From: a virus
Lineage: Duplodnaviria; Caudoviricetes
Virus record (IMG/VR): IMGVR_UViG_3300015203_000019
Location: 1 to 35,574 of that record
Length of the DNA: 35,574 nt
Reading direction: 5' to 3' (one strand)
Positions 1-9,316 of this stretch are shown piece after piece. The notes under the pieces were generated by a model. The model was not told the DNA's origin and did no database searches. It worked only from the letters and a program-made list of their open reading frames with translations. The position numbers were made by a program, and so were the translations under genes. Each line of letters begins with the position of its first letter. Positions within the stretch are counted from its first letter, which is position 1.

Positions 1-99
1 GCGCATGTCGGCCTTGATGACCTTGTGCGCGCCCGAGGAGGGCACGCCGTCGGTCTCGAAGTTGCGCCAAATGGTTGCGCCAACCGTTAGGCTGCTCAT
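1..99 (-). CDS. N-terminus (partial, runs off window) of probable tail fiber/tailspike protein
   Basis: ATG at 99 reads MSSLTVGATIWRNFETDGVPSSGAHKVIKADMR, open to the window edge; directly follows the tail tip gene; WRxFETDGVPSSG resembles N-termini of rhizobial prophage tail fibers. Confidence 0.6.
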   Translation of the reverse strand, partial: MSSLTVGATIWRNFETDGVPSSGAHKVIKADMR

Positions 100-131
100 T
101 GAAGAGATCCGTTTTTGGAGGTGGAGGGCTG

Positions 132-2018
132 TTAGGCGATGACGACGGAGGTACCGGCCACGCTGGTCCAGTTGCCGACTTCGGTGCTCTGCGGCCCGAT
201 GGTGGCGACGCGCACGCTGTAGGTGCCGGGCGTGATGGCGTTCGTGACAAGCACGATGTTGGAGCCGACCGGGGTCTGCGGCGCGGCGAAGGTCTGCCGC
301 GTCCAGGCGCCGGCGCCGATGCGGTACTCCACGGCGTAGGCCAGCCAGTTCTGCTTGGGGTCAGCGAAGGTGACCTTGATCTTGTGGGTGCCGCCGCCGT
401 TGTCGGCAACGGTGATGGTGGACCCGTTCACGGTGCCGGGAACGGGGTAGAAGTTAGGCTTGCTGCCTTCCTCAGTGGCCGGCGTCCAGGCGTCGATGGC
501 GCTCGGGTCGATCACCACGAAATTGAACGTTACCCGGCCCGCAGCCAGGTCAACCCTGGGGTGCGGCATCACCTCGATGACGGCGCTGGCGAGGTCCGCG
601 ATCGTGGTCGAGGTGACGTTGATCCATCGCTCGCCCAGCCCCTTGAGCCCGTACAGCGTCGTCGTGAGCGTGCCGCGCGCAACCGCCTGGTGCCGTGACA
701 TGGCCCGCTTGGCGAGCCGGCGAGCCTGAGTATGGCTCTGAACCCAGTGCAGCTGCATGGACTGGGCGCGGATCTTGCCAAGCAGCGAGATCGACGCGGA
801 ATTCTGCCAGGGGTTGCCCGGCGCTTCCTTGAAGTTGTTGTTCGGCGGCGTGTACGTGAAATTGATCTGGTTGACGACCTCCTCGTCAGGGACGCCCTTG
901 TCGAGGGTGTAGGCGACGATATGGTCGTCGGTGAAGGTGACCGATGGCGACCTGTATTTGCCGACGAACAGGGCCAGGGTGCCGTCGCCCTTCTCCGACA
1001 GCCAACCGTCGCAGGTTGCGAGAATGGCCGCGATGACGTCGGCCGGGTCCGTGGTCATCAGCGCCCAGCCGTTCGACGCATAGAGCGGCTCGGTGCTGAC
1101 GCCGTCCGCCAGCGTCTGGCTGGCGTCGCAATAGCTGGCTTCCGTGTCCCAGGCCGACTGCACGGGGCTGATGGCGTCGGTGTAGCTGATGCCGGGGCCA
1201 TAGCCCTGGGTGAGGTAGTCGATGAGCTGCACCACGGGGTTGCTCGACACCAGCCAGGTCGAGGGCGTAGCGCGCACCTGCGTCCCGTCGCGGTGATCCC
1301 AGATCGGCGCCAGGTCGGCCACCACGGAGGGCTTGGGTAGCCCGCGCGGATACCAGGTCGGGAAGCCGCTCACGTTGGAATTCGTGAGGGTTCGCATCAT
1401 CAGGCCGGCAATGCCGTCGCCGCGGTGGGCGCTGGTCCAGAACTGCGGCATGGCGCTGATGACGTTGGCGAAGGCGGTGTTCGCGGCGGGGCCGAGCGTG
1501 GTCTTGATGGTGACGTATGCGTTGGCGGGGACGTTGGCGCCATAGCGGCCGTCCGCCAGGTTCCAATTCAGGGCGCCGGCGACGACGCCGGAGCCGTTCA
1601 GGGTCACCATGTCTTCGTTGAGGTAGTAGAAGACGAATGCGGAGATGGCGCCGTGGTGCAGGGCGAGCACATCCCAGCTGATGGCCGGCGATGAGGCCGG
1701 GTCGATCTCGAACAGCATGTAGGAGCCGGCGATGCGCGCGCGGCCGTAGCCGAATATGCGCGGCGGCGTGGCCTGGCGCAGGGGCGATGTCCCGTCGCTG
1801 GGCTTGGGCACGCTCGGGGCCGTGGCGTATGCGAGCGCGACTGAGCCGGCGAACAGCGCGCCGCTGCCGACGATCGAGGCCGCTGAGACGCCCAGGACCG
1901 AGCCGTAGCCGGCGGATGCCAGCGTCGTCGTCGTGACCCAGCCGCCGGCTCCGATGGTTGTCTCGGCCGTTGCCGCCGAAAGGCTGAGCAGGACCAGTTC
2001 GCCGACCACATCAGGCAT
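132..2018 (-). CDS. Tail tip / host-specificity protein (gpJ-like hub) with C-terminal FN3-like beta domain
   Basis: 628 aa; PPRIFGYGRARIAG, SSNPVVQLIDYL and ILATCDG motifs typical of siphophage tail tip proteins; lies after the NlpC/P60-like gene; C-terminal YAVEYR...GTYSVRVATIG looks FN3-like. Confidence 0.8.
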   Translation of the reverse strand: MPDVVGELVLLSLSAATAETTIGAGGWVTTTTLASAGYGSVLGVSAASIVGSGALFAGSVALAYATAPSVPKPSDGTSPLRQATPPRIFGYGRARIAGSYMLFEIDPASSPAISWDVLALHHGAISAFVFYYLNEDMVTLNGSGVVAGALNWNLADGRYGANVPANAYVTIKTTLGPAANTAFANVISAMPQFWTSAHRGDGIAGLMMRTLTNSNVSGFPTWYPRGLPKPSVVADLAPIWDHRDGTQVRATPSTWLVSSNPVVQLIDYLTQGYGPGISYTDAISPVQSAWDTEASYCDASQTLADGVSTEPLYASNGWALMTTDPADVIAAILATCDGWLSEKGDGTLALFVGKYRSPSVTFTDDHIVAYTLDKGVPDEEVVNQINFTYTPPNNNFKEAPGNPWQNSASISLLGKIRAQSMQLHWVQSHTQARRLAKRAMSRHQAVARGTLTTTLYGLKGLGERWINVTSTTIADLASAVIEVMPHPRVDLAAGRVTFNFVVIDPSAIDAWTPATEEGSKPNFYPVPGTVNGSTITVADNGGGTHKIKVTFADPKQNWLAYAVEYRIGAGAWTRQTFAAPQTPVGSNIVLVTNAITPGTYSVRVATIGPQSTEVGNWTSVAGTSVVIA

Positions 2019-2027
2019 GGGAGGCGC

Positions 2028-2492
2028 TCACCGGCTCATGTCGGCGGCATTCGGGTGCCGCCAGCCCATCAGATAGGGCACCGGACCGACGACAAGACCG
2101 CGCTGGGTGAGCATGGCGAAGCGTCCGCGCCCCACGAACAACGAGCAGCACAAGCGCGGCCCGCGCGGCGTCGGAGCTTTGACGATGCAGATGTCGCCCG
2201 GGTAGCAACTCGGCACGCCGACAAATCCGAGCGGCTTCAGGGCGCCGTGCAGGACTGATCCGATGCCGCCGCCGTGCTCGAGGATGGCTTCCGCCATCGC
2301 TTCGCTACAATAGCCATCGCGCCACGGCTCGGAAGGATCGATGCCGGTGATCCGCTTCGCCCAGCCGGCGATGAAGGTACAGCAGTCGTGCCGGCCCCAT
2401 TCAAAGGGCTGGTCGGCCGCTTCCGAGATGTAGCGCGCCAGCGGCGTGACCCGCTGATGCTGGCGCGGATTGAGCGTCAAAACCTCGGCCAT
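2028..2492 (-). CDS. NlpC/P60-like tail assembly protein (DUF6950-like)
   Basis: PFEWGRHDCCTFIAGW...TGIDP...PGDI motif; position between hub and tail tip genes. Confidence 0.75.
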   Translation of the reverse strand: MAEVLTLNPRQHQRVTPLARYISEAADQPFEWGRHDCCTFIAGWAKRITGIDPSEPWRDGYCSEAMAEAILEHGGGIGSVLHGALKPLGFVGVPSCYPGDICIVKAPTPRGPRLCCSLFVGRGRFAMLTQRGLVVGPVPYLMGWRHPNAADMSR

Positions 2493-3052
2493 ATCTTGCT
2501 TTCCACCATGGTGTAGCGCTGGGCGTTCTCACAGAAGCGGTCGCCCGACGAGATAGCCTGCTGTTCGGCGTCCGTGAAGAACGCCGTCCGCGGCCGTCTG
2601 CGGCCTGAGAAGATCGTGCGCGTGGAAATCTTGACGGCGCGGGTCTGCGCTTCGCCCTCGATGGTTAGATAGTCCATGACGACGGTGCGGAGCCACACCG
2701 GCGTGCCGCTGAGAGCCCAGGACTGGTCGAACATGCCGAGCCCCAGCCGCAGGTACTTGCCCTTGATGTTGTCGCTTTGCGCCGAGAACATCGAGGCGAC
2801 CCGGGTGGAGACGCCCGACACCGTGAACTCGATCCGATCAGCTGTAGCGTTGAGCACCTGGGAGAACGCCGGCAGTGCCATGATGTCGCCGAGCCCGGTA
2901 TAGGTCGCGCTGATGTCGGTCGCATCGATGTCGGTCTTGATGTCGCCAACGCCGAACCACAGCCGCACCGGAGAAGCCAGGTCGACGCGCAGGAAGATGG
3001 CGGGCCGGCATGTGCCGGCGGCAAGCTGGGTGTCGAAGCCGTAGGTGGTCAT
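2477..3052 (-). CDS. Minor tail / baseplate hub protein (gpL-like)
   Basis: 191 aa; PVRLWFGVGD...YTGLG...FTDAEQQAISSGDRFC...WP pattern; synteny in tail tip module. Confidence 0.65.
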   Translation of the reverse strand: MTTYGFDTQLAAGTCRPAIFLRVDLASPVRLWFGVGDIKTDIDATDISATYTGLGDIMALPAFSQVLNATADRIEFTVSGVSTRVASMFSAQSDNIKGKYLRLGLGMFDQSWALSGTPVWLRTVVMDYLTIEGEAQTRAVKISTRTIFSGRRRPRTAFFTDAEQQAISSGDRFCENAQRYTMVESKIWPRF

Positions 3053-3065
3053 TCTTGGGCGCCCA

Positions 3066-3788
3066 TTACGTCGCGAACGGCGGAAAGCTCTCGACCCATT
3101 TGACGCTGGCCTGGGCGTACAGTCGGCGCTGCTGCGCCAAATCCATCGCAGCCGGATCGGCGAGCCGCATGATGCAACGCGGATAGTCGAATTCGCACGT
3201 GGCGCCGGCAGATACGGCCTCGCGGATAGGCGGCCGGATCGTCACGCTGTAGTTTCCGCTGCCGAGGCTTGAGACTGTGCCGATCTCGTACAGGCGATCC
3301 AAATATGTCGTGTGCTGGATCGAGAACCGTTCGCCTCCGCGCAGGCCGTTGGTGGTACTCCCGGCGCTGGCGAAATTGATCTGCACCGTCGTTGCGCGCA
3401 GGGCCGCATCCGCCCCAAGCGTCGCCGATATCACGTTTCCCGCGAGCAGGCTTCCGTCGTCGAGAGTGACATCGTCATCGGTCGCCGTGTCCGCGGAGAT
3501 CAGCGGGGCGCCGCCGACTATCGGCCACGGGGCGGCGTACACGTCGCGCGCCTCGACCGCCATCGCGGTGACGCCCCCGTCGAGCAGCGTGCGCAATGCC
3601 CGCCAGGCGCGAATGTTGTCCGACGAGGACACTTGCACGTCTTGCATCGTGGCCACCCAATAGCCGCCGCCGTCGAAGCGGCCGAAGGGGTGCACGCCCG
3701 AAAGAGCCCGACCGCCTGAGATGGCAGTGCCCGCCAAATTCCAGCTCCAAATGCGGTCGCGCATCAGGGAGCGAGGGAAGAGAAGCAT
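3066..3788 (-). CDS. Distal tail protein-like
   Basis: Likely start ATG 3788 (MLLFPRS) just after the tape measure stop at 3791; 240 aa; GGYWVATM, VTIRPPIREAV, FDYPRCIMRL motifs. Confidence 0.6.
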   Translation of the reverse strand: MLLFPRSLMRDRIWSWNLAGTAISGGRALSGVHPFGRFDGGGYWVATMQDVQVSSSDNIRAWRALRTLLDGGVTAMAVEARDVYAAPWPIVGGAPLISADTATDDDVTLDDGSLLAGNVISATLGADAALRATTVQINFASAGSTTNGLRGGERFSIQHTTYLDRLYEIGTVSSLGSGNYSVTIRPPIREAVSAGATCEFDYPRCIMRLADPAAMDLAQQRRLYAQASVKWVESFPPFAT

Positions 3789-3790
3789 GG

Positions 3791-5731
3791 TCAGGCCCCC
3801 AGCATCTGGTATTGCCGCTGCGCCTTCGGCATGCCGGCGCGGTTGGTTTGCACGGCCGCCGCGTAGGCCTGTTGCGCAGCCTGGGAGGCGATGCGGGCGA
3901 TGGTCTCGTCGCCGTTGGCGCCGGCCAGGTTGATGTTCATGTTGATGTCGGACCGGCCGCCACCGCCGCCCGAGCTGCCGCCGCCGTAACCGCTCGCGAA
4001 CGCACCGGAGCCGCCGCCCCAAATCGGCTCGGGGCCCTTCTCGCCGGCGATGTACCACTTGCCGCTCTCCAGCGGCCCCCCCTCGGCCTTGCCGCCGCCG
4101 AACGTCGCACCGAGCAGGTTTCCGAGCAGGCCCCCGGGATTGGCCGTCCCGCCGCCGAAGATCGGCATCAGCGCCATGCGAAACGCCAGCTTCTCCAGAT
4201 CCTGCAGCATCGACTTGATCATGTCGGAGAAGCTGAACTTGCCGGTCTGGGTGAACTTGGCGAACTCGCCCTCCAGCGAGGAGGCGACCGTCTTGCCGAC
4301 CTGCATGAACTCCGAGTAACGGTCCTTGGCCTCGGCGATCATCTGCGCGTTCTTGGCCACGGCCAGCGACGATGCATCGATCATTTGGCGCAGTTCGTCG
4401 GTGATGGCAATGCCGTCCTTGCGCGCGATGTTCTCCTGTTCCTGCGCGAACTTCGCCGCGGTGGAGGCCAAGACGTTCTGCCCGAGCGATTGCGTTTCCA
4501 GGAGATAGGCGTCGTTCGATTTGCGGATGGTCTCGGCGAGCTCGGTGTTGAACTTGATCTGCGCGGCCGTCTGCGCCGACTGCGCGAAGCTCTCCTGCGC
4601 CGCGATGACGGTCGGGTGGTCACTCACATTTGCCTTGCGGCCCGTGCCCTGGGCCTGAGCCTGTGCCCGCTCTAGAGCGCGCGCATAGGCTGTCTTGGTG
4701 ATGGCGTCGGCGTTGGCCAGCTGCATCTGCGCCTGGCGCTGCAGGCTCGCCGTCACCGAGGTGATGCTGCGCTCGCGCTCCTTCTCGTCCTGCGCCGCCT
4801 TCCGCAGCGCGTCGCTTTCTGCGGCGATGTTTGCGGCGTTGGTCGCGGCCGCGATGGCCGCTTCCTTCTCCTTCTCGTTCAGATCGTCCCAGGCTTTGCC
4901 GGACTTTTCGACGATCTCCCACTTGGCGCGGAGCGCCGCCTGCTCACCGGCGTCCTTGCCGATCAGCTCCTGCAACTCCTTCTGCCGCTCCAGCTTCTTG
5001 TTGAGGTCGTCGACCGCCTTCTTGACCGCGTCGCCAACGCCGGTGAACGTGCCGGCCAGCTTCTGCAGCGCAGTGCGCGCGCCTTCGGCCAGATCATCGA
5101 GGGTCGACTTGATGCTGCCGGCCCAGGTGTCGACCTGCGCCTCGCTCTCCTTCAGTTTGGCATCGTCGAAAAAGCCCGCGCCGGCGCCGGCCTGCAGCGT
5201 CGACTTGCCGAGTTCCGCGAACGCGCCGCTGATCTTGTCGCTGATCTTTGCGAGCTGGGCGCTGTCGACCAGGCTCTCGAGCGCGGTCGCTGCCTTCTTC
5301 TTCAGATACTCGAAGCCCTGGTCAATCGCGCCGGAGCCCTTTAGCACTTCGTAGATGCCGACGCCGATCTTACCCCAAATGCCGGGGATCTTGGCGACGA
5401 GCGCCTCCATGCCGCCCTCGGCCTTGGAGAAGATCGCGTTGAAGCCGGCCGTGACTGCCTTCTCGGCGCCGTCGCTGCCGGCCTCCCACGCTTCGCCCAT
5501 CTTCTGCGAAACCGTCTGCAGCGTGCGGATGGCCGCTACGGTCTTGTCGATCAGCCCCCCGGCGAAACTCTCGACGGACTTCTCCGACGCCTTCGACGCA
5601 TCGTCGAACGCGCGCGCCATGTCGCCGCCGGTCTGTTTGACCGCGTCGTCAGCCTTCTTCATCGCCTCCGTGAACTTGGAGACGTCGGCGTTGACGCCGT
5701 AGGAGAGCCCGACCTGTGACGTGTCAGCCAT
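3791..5731 (-). CDS. Tail tape measure protein
   Basis: 646 aa Ala/Lys/Glu-rich helical protein with lambda-type C-terminal motif GGGKAEGGP...YIAGEKGPE; follows the tail chaperones. Confidence 0.9.
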   Translation of the reverse strand: MADTSQVGLSYGVNADVSKFTEAMKKADDAVKQTGGDMARAFDDASKASEKSVESFAGGLIDKTVAAIRTLQTVSQKMGEAWEAGSDGAEKAVTAGFNAIFSKAEGGMEALVAKIPGIWGKIGVGIYEVLKGSGAIDQGFEYLKKKAATALESLVDSAQLAKISDKISGAFAELGKSTLQAGAGAGFFDDAKLKESEAQVDTWAGSIKSTLDDLAEGARTALQKLAGTFTGVGDAVKKAVDDLNKKLERQKELQELIGKDAGEQAALRAKWEIVEKSGKAWDDLNEKEKEAAIAAATNAANIAAESDALRKAAQDEKERERSITSVTASLQRQAQMQLANADAITKTAYARALERAQAQAQGTGRKANVSDHPTVIAAQESFAQSAQTAAQIKFNTELAETIRKSNDAYLLETQSLGQNVLASTAAKFAQEQENIARKDGIAITDELRQMIDASSLAVAKNAQMIAEAKDRYSEFMQVGKTVASSLEGEFAKFTQTGKFSFSDMIKSMLQDLEKLAFRMALMPIFGGGTANPGGLLGNLLGATFGGGKAEGGPLESGKWYIAGEKGPEPIWGGGSGAFASGYGGGSSGGGGGRSDINMNINLAGANGDETIARIASQAAQQAYAAAVQTNRAGMPKAQRQYQMLGA

Positions 5732-5766
5732 CGGATTTCAGGACCTGATTGTGAGGGGATGCGAAG

Positions 5767-6042
5767 CTACGGCTTCGGCAGTTCTGACTTGAGGGCGTAC
5801 TTGTCGAGCAGGCCGGCCGCGTCGAGCTCCAGCATTTCAGCGAAGCGCGAGCGGGTCATCGACTTGATGGGCTTGTGGCCGTTGGCTTTGTTCCAGCCGT
5901 CGACGGCCCGGTAGTAGTAGGCGACGGACGTGCCCCAGAACGTCGCCTCGTCCCAGCGCATGACGGCCGAGCAGAACGCGGCCGCATTGTCGAGCCAGGC
6001 ATCGACCGTCAGGCCGTCGGCGCCGGGCTCGTCGGAGGGTTT
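5767..6042 (-). CDS. Tail assembly chaperone C-terminal part (gpT-like), probably expressed by -1 frameshift from the upstream gene
   Basis: Frame is open from the slippery heptamer at 6036-6042 (KPSDEPGADGLTVDAWLDNAAAFCSAVMRWDEATFWGTS...); WxxxxFW motif typical of gpT/GTA g10.1-like chaperones. Confidence 0.7.
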   Translation of the reverse strand, partial: KPSDEPGADGLTVDAWLDNAAAFCSAVMRWDEATFWGTSVAYYYRAVDGWNKANGHKPIKSMTRSRFAEMLELDAAGLLDKYALKSELPKP

Positions 6043-6323
6043 GCCTCGGCTAGCTCGTCCTTCCTAGGGAAGATCGCCGGGATGACCTGCTCGAGGTACG
6101 CCATCGGCGGCATTTCCTCGATCGCCTGCATGCTCACGTCATGGCCGTTGGCCTTGAGCAGCGCAGCGACGACGATCGGCATATCCGGCAGATTGATCTC
6201 GCCGAGCCTATGCTGCAGGTCGGCGAACTTCTTGACGCCGAGCGCCGAGGCGATGCGTGCCAGGGCGCCCATGTTGAGGGCGACCGGATACTTGGCGCCC
6301 CCGACCTCGATCTCGCTCTTCAT
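6009..6323 (-). CDS. Tail assembly chaperone (gpG / GTA-gp10-like)
   Basis: 104 aa between tail tube and tape measure genes; EVGGAKYPVALNMGALARI motif. Confidence 0.75.
   Translation of the reverse strand: MKSEIEVGGAKYPVALNMGALARIASALGVKKFADLQHRLGEINLPDMPIVVAALLKANGHDVSMQAIEEMPPMAYLEQVIPAIFPRKDELAEANPPTSPAPTA
6036..6042 (-). promoter_or_regulatory. Candidate -1 programmed ribosomal frameshift site A AAC CCT
   Basis: X XXY YYZ heptamer in the correct phase (GCA AAC CCT) near the end of the chaperone gene; the -1 frame continues into the downstream chaperone ORF. Confidence 0.65.
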
Positions 6324-6736
6324 CAGGCGAAGCTCACGACGCCAGCGCTGTCGAGCGAAATGTCGTACTGCACCTCACCCTTGTGATCGCCGACATACTT
6401 GAGGTCCACCAGCATGGCCAGGAATGTGTAAGTACCATCGCCGGGCACCACGACCTGCCAGTTGCGGATCGTGCCGTTCATGAAGTAGCTGCGCATGGTC
6501 TGCAGCACGGATGCGCCGTTGAACACGCCGCGGCCGGAGACGCGGGCTTTCTTGATCGGTGCGCCCGCGAGCAGCTCCTGCCACTTGCCGGAGCTGTCCT
6601 GGTTGGTGACTTCGGTCGTGCCGCTCGAGAGCTGCAGATCCTTCGTCTGGATCGCCGCGATGGCGGTGTAAGTGCCGAGGCCGTCGACATCGCACTTGAG
6701 CAGCATGTCGCTGCCCTTTTGGTAAGCTACGGTCAT
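6323..6736 (-). CDS. Major tail tube protein (TP901-1 / GTA g9-like)
   Basis: 137 aa; QKGSDMLLK...EVTNQDSSGKWQELLAGA...VSGRGVF...YDISLDSAGVVSF. Confidence 0.88.
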   Translation of the reverse strand: MTVAYQKGSDMLLKCDVDGLGTYTAIAAIQTKDLQLSSGTTEVTNQDSSGKWQELLAGAPIKKARVSGRGVFNGASVLQTMRSYFMNGTIRNWQVVVPGDGTYTFLAMLVDLKYVGDHKGEVQYDISLDSAGVVSFA

Positions 6737-6780
6737 AGTCGTCTCCTAGCTTGAAGAGGCAAGCATTATTGCGATTGAGA

Positions 6781-7212
6781 TCAGGGAACCGCGACGCCGG
6801 ACACGAACGGACCGCCGGGCGGCATCGTGATCTTGCTGGCGGTGACGGCCACGCCAAGGATTGTCTTGTACCAACCCGAGACAGCGTCGGCGTCAGGCGC
6901 GATCGCACCGGTGTTCGTCGCCGACACGATGTAGGTGGTGCCTACCGCAACAGTCGCGCCGGGGTTCCAGCTGCCGCCCACGAGGACCGAGATGTCCTGG
7001 TTGATGGCCGTGGTCGTGTTGAGCGCAATGCCAACGTTTCCGGCTGATCCGGCCGCCGCAGCCGATAGGTTCGCATCGGCGAGCTGCCACAGTCCGGTGC
7101 TGTCGAGATAGACAGGCTTTCCCTGCGTGATGGCGGCGCCGCACACGCCATACTTCACGACGGCATCGCTGGCCTTGAGCACGCTTGCTGCGGTGACGGA
7201 TAGATCGGCCAT
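6781..7212 (-). CDS. Putative virion decoration/cement protein (DUF2190-like beta fold)
   Basis: Start ATG 7212 with AAGGA RBS; 143 aa rich in small residues; AITQGKPVY...LADA...VGIAL...GTTYIVS...GAIAP pattern. Confidence 0.55.
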   Translation of the reverse strand: MADLSVTAASVLKASDAVVKYGVCGAAITQGKPVYLDSTGLWQLADANLSAAAAGSAGNVGIALNTTTAINQDISVLVGGSWNPGATVAVGTTYIVSATNTGAIAPDADAVSGWYKTILGVAVTASKITMPPGGPFVSGVAVP

Positions 7213-7225
7213 GGTGTCTGGTCCT

Positions 7226-7645
7226 TCAGGAGTTGGTGACGGCCCGGAAACGCTGCACGCCATGCCAGGACACGCCGTCGGGATCGCGCATCGTCTGGCG
7301 GAACTCTTGACGCAGATTGCAGAGCGCGCCGGCCGACAGGACCAGCGAGGAGGCGTGCAGGATGTTGCGCACCTGCGCCATGATCGACATGCACACGGCC
7401 TTTGCGGACTGCCCGGCGACCGGCTGCTCGGTGAAGGTGTGCAGGGTGATGGTGTGCTCCTGCGCGTCGACACCGATGCCGCTGTCGTCGGTTGCCGTGT
7501 CGTCGCCGATCTCGATGTAGGGCGCCTTCTGGCCGTCGGGCACGCCGTTGAACACGTTCGCCCCGCCGAGCAATGCCGTCAGCGTCGCGTCGCCGTTGAG
7601 GGCGGCGAAGATGCTGGCGAACAGTTCGGGGGAGCGGTCGGCCAT
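7226..7645 (-). CDS. Tail terminator protein (DUF3168 / GTA g8-like)
   Basis: ALNGDATLTALLG...VFNGVP...PYIEIG...RDPDGVSWHGVQRFRA. Confidence 0.85.
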   Translation of the reverse strand: MADRSPELFASIFAALNGDATLTALLGGANVFNGVPDGQKAPYIEIGDDTATDDSGIGVDAQEHTITLHTFTEQPVAGQSAKAVCMSIMAQVRNILHASSLVLSAGALCNLRQEFRQTMRDPDGVSWHGVQRFRAVTNS

Positions 7646-7648
7646 GGG

Positions 7649-7999
7649 CTAGCGGTAGTGACGGTGGGCGCCGGGGACGGGCGCCGCGGGGCGGCGCTTG
7701 GCGGCGAGGGGGCGGCGGTCGGAGTTCTGCCCTTGCAGGCCCTCAAGCGTTACCGCGATGCTTTCCGCTCGGCTCACCAGCGCGGCAACCTGGGTCTGAG
7801 CGTTGCGCAAGATGGCGAGAAAGTCTCGCATGTCCTCGGGAAGCACCCAGACCGCAGGCCCCGGAGAACCGACAGCTACCGCATCGCGGTTGTTGCTCCA
7901 TTCTCCGCTTGCGATTGCGACGTCCGCGATGCGTAGCGCCTCGGCGAAAGCCTGCTCGCATGCATCCTTGTCTGCGCTCAATGCCTTGTGCTCAGCCAT
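7649..7999 (-). CDS. Hypothetical protein inserted in neck module
   Basis: ATG 7999 with GAGGTG RBS; 116 aa MAEHKALSAD..., C-terminal coiled coil and basic tail. Confidence 0.6.
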   Translation of the reverse strand: MAEHKALSADKDACEQAFAEALRIADVAIASGEWSNNRDAVAVGSPGPAVWVLPEDMRDFLAILRNAQTQVAALVSRAESIAVTLEGLQGQNSDRRPLAAKRRPAAPVPGAHRHYR

Positions 8000-8004
8000 C
8001 GTCG

Positions 8005-8451
8005 TCACCTCTTCTTCGCGAACCGCGCCGTGGCGGTGGCCAACGCTTGCCGCAACAGACTGGCGATCCGCGCGCGGTTGCGCTCGATCGCCGGATTTGC
8101 AAACGGCCGCGCCGCCATCTTGCGTGTGCCGTATTCGAGGTGCTGTGCGTGCGGCGCCGTCCACTCGACCACGCCCACGATCTCGTCGCCGTTGATCTCT
8201 GCGCCCGCCCGACCCGAGGCGATCAGACCGCCCGTGTCGGTCGCCGGCGGCTCGCCGGGCGCGGACGCCTGGTGCTCGACGCCGCGGCGATTGTAGATCT
8301 TGCCTGTCTTGGGCCCGCGCGCGATCGACTGATTGCCGTCGTTCAGGACCAGCCGCGTGCCCGCCTGCATGGTGAGCAGCATTTCTCGTTTCACCTCGTC
8401 GGTCAGGCCGGCGAGGTTCAGGGCGGGCGGCTGGCTGATGGTTATGCGCAT
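8005..8451 (-). CDS. HK97 gp10-family tail completion protein
   Basis: HQASAPGEPPATDTGGLIAS...HLEYGTRKMAARPFANPA; start taken as ATG 8451. Confidence 0.88.
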   Translation of the reverse strand: MRITISQPPALNLAGLTDEVKREMLLTMQAGTRLVLNDGNQSIARGPKTGKIYNRRGVEHQASAPGEPPATDTGGLIASGRAGAEINGDEIVGVVEWTAPHAQHLEYGTRKMAARPFANPAIERNRARIASLLRQALATATARFAKKR

Positions 8452-8455
8452 CGGC

Positions 8456-8803
8456 TCACTGCAGGTTCGAAACGGACAGCTCTTCGCACGCGAGCTCCAG
8501 GAAACGGCGACGCATGTCGGAATTCTCGAGGGACCGGATCTGGAACGTCCGGTTGCGCCACAACACGCGCATCTGCGGCCGGAGATCCGAGCGATAGCGG
8601 ACGATGATCGTCCACGTGGCACCCGCCTGCATCTGCTGCCGGCGAAACGTCTCGCTGCCGGATGCCTGCCGCACCTCGGCCCAGGTCGTCGCGATCGTGT
8701 TCCAGGACTGCACCGGCGATCCGATGCTGTCCTTTGTCGAGGTCACCGACTGGATGTCGATCTTCTCGCGCAGGTCGCCGATTGGTTGTTGCTTCGTGGC
8801 CAT
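8456..8803 (-). CDS. Head closure (stopper) protein, SPP1 gp16-like
   Basis: IGDLREKIDIQ...WNTIATTWAEV...IIVRYRSDL...MRVLW. Confidence 0.88.
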   Translation of the reverse strand: MATKQQPIGDLREKIDIQSVTSTKDSIGSPVQSWNTIATTWAEVRQASGSETFRRQQMQAGATWTIIVRYRSDLRPQMRVLWRNRTFQIRSLENSDMRRRFLELACEELSVSNLQ

Positions 8804-9315
8804 CAGTGGGCGATAGCCTCAAGCTCAACCGTGAACACTTCGGCGCTTGCCGGCGTGTATGCGCCGCGCGCCTCCAGCAGGCCATAGAGCGTCTGCCCGG
8901 TCGCGAGGACCGAGTTAATGTCCGTGCCGGTTGTGGGGATGCCGACGCCGGCCGCACCATCGGTGAATGCTTTGTCGACGGCCACGTCGAGCGAGCCGAT
9001 CCACTGATCGAAATGCTTCGTTGCCCAGGCGCCGTTGTCGCCGTTGGCGATGCCGGTCGTCAGAGAAGGGTCCGTCAGGTACAGATGCACGCGGAAGGCG
9101 GCGTTGGTCACGCCGGTTCCGGTTTTCTTGACGCGGGCCCGGCGCACCGTGAACGTGCCACCGCTGATCTGTGCGACGCTCCATGACAGCGGCACGACCG
9201 ATCCCGCTGTCGTCGAGTTGGCGACCAGGTCTCCCGAGGTATAGGCGGTGGTGTCGGCGGGCCGGGTGAAGGTGGCGCTGGGGTTGGTGATGGCGCCGAT
9301 GGCAACGGTGGTCAT
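8803..9315 (-). CDS. Putative virion accessory beta-sandwich protein
   Basis: 170 aa Thr/Ala/Gly-rich; FTRPADTTAYTSGD motif; translationally coupled between adaptor and stopper genes. Confidence 0.55.
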   Translation of the reverse strand: MTTVAIGAITNPSATFTRPADTTAYTSGDLVANSTTAGSVVPLSWSVAQISGGTFTVRRARVKKTGTGVTNAAFRVHLYLTDPSLTTGIANGDNGAWATKHFDQWIGSLDVAVDKAFTDGAAGVGIPTTGTDINSVLATGQTLYGLLEARGAYTPASAEVFTVELEAIAH

Positions 9316-9316
9316 G

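Noticed and set aside
2028-2492. Active cell-wall peptidase or endolysin
   Set aside because: Cys is present but the expected catalytic His position reads RLCCSLF; context is tail-tip assembly. No lysis cassette is visible in this window
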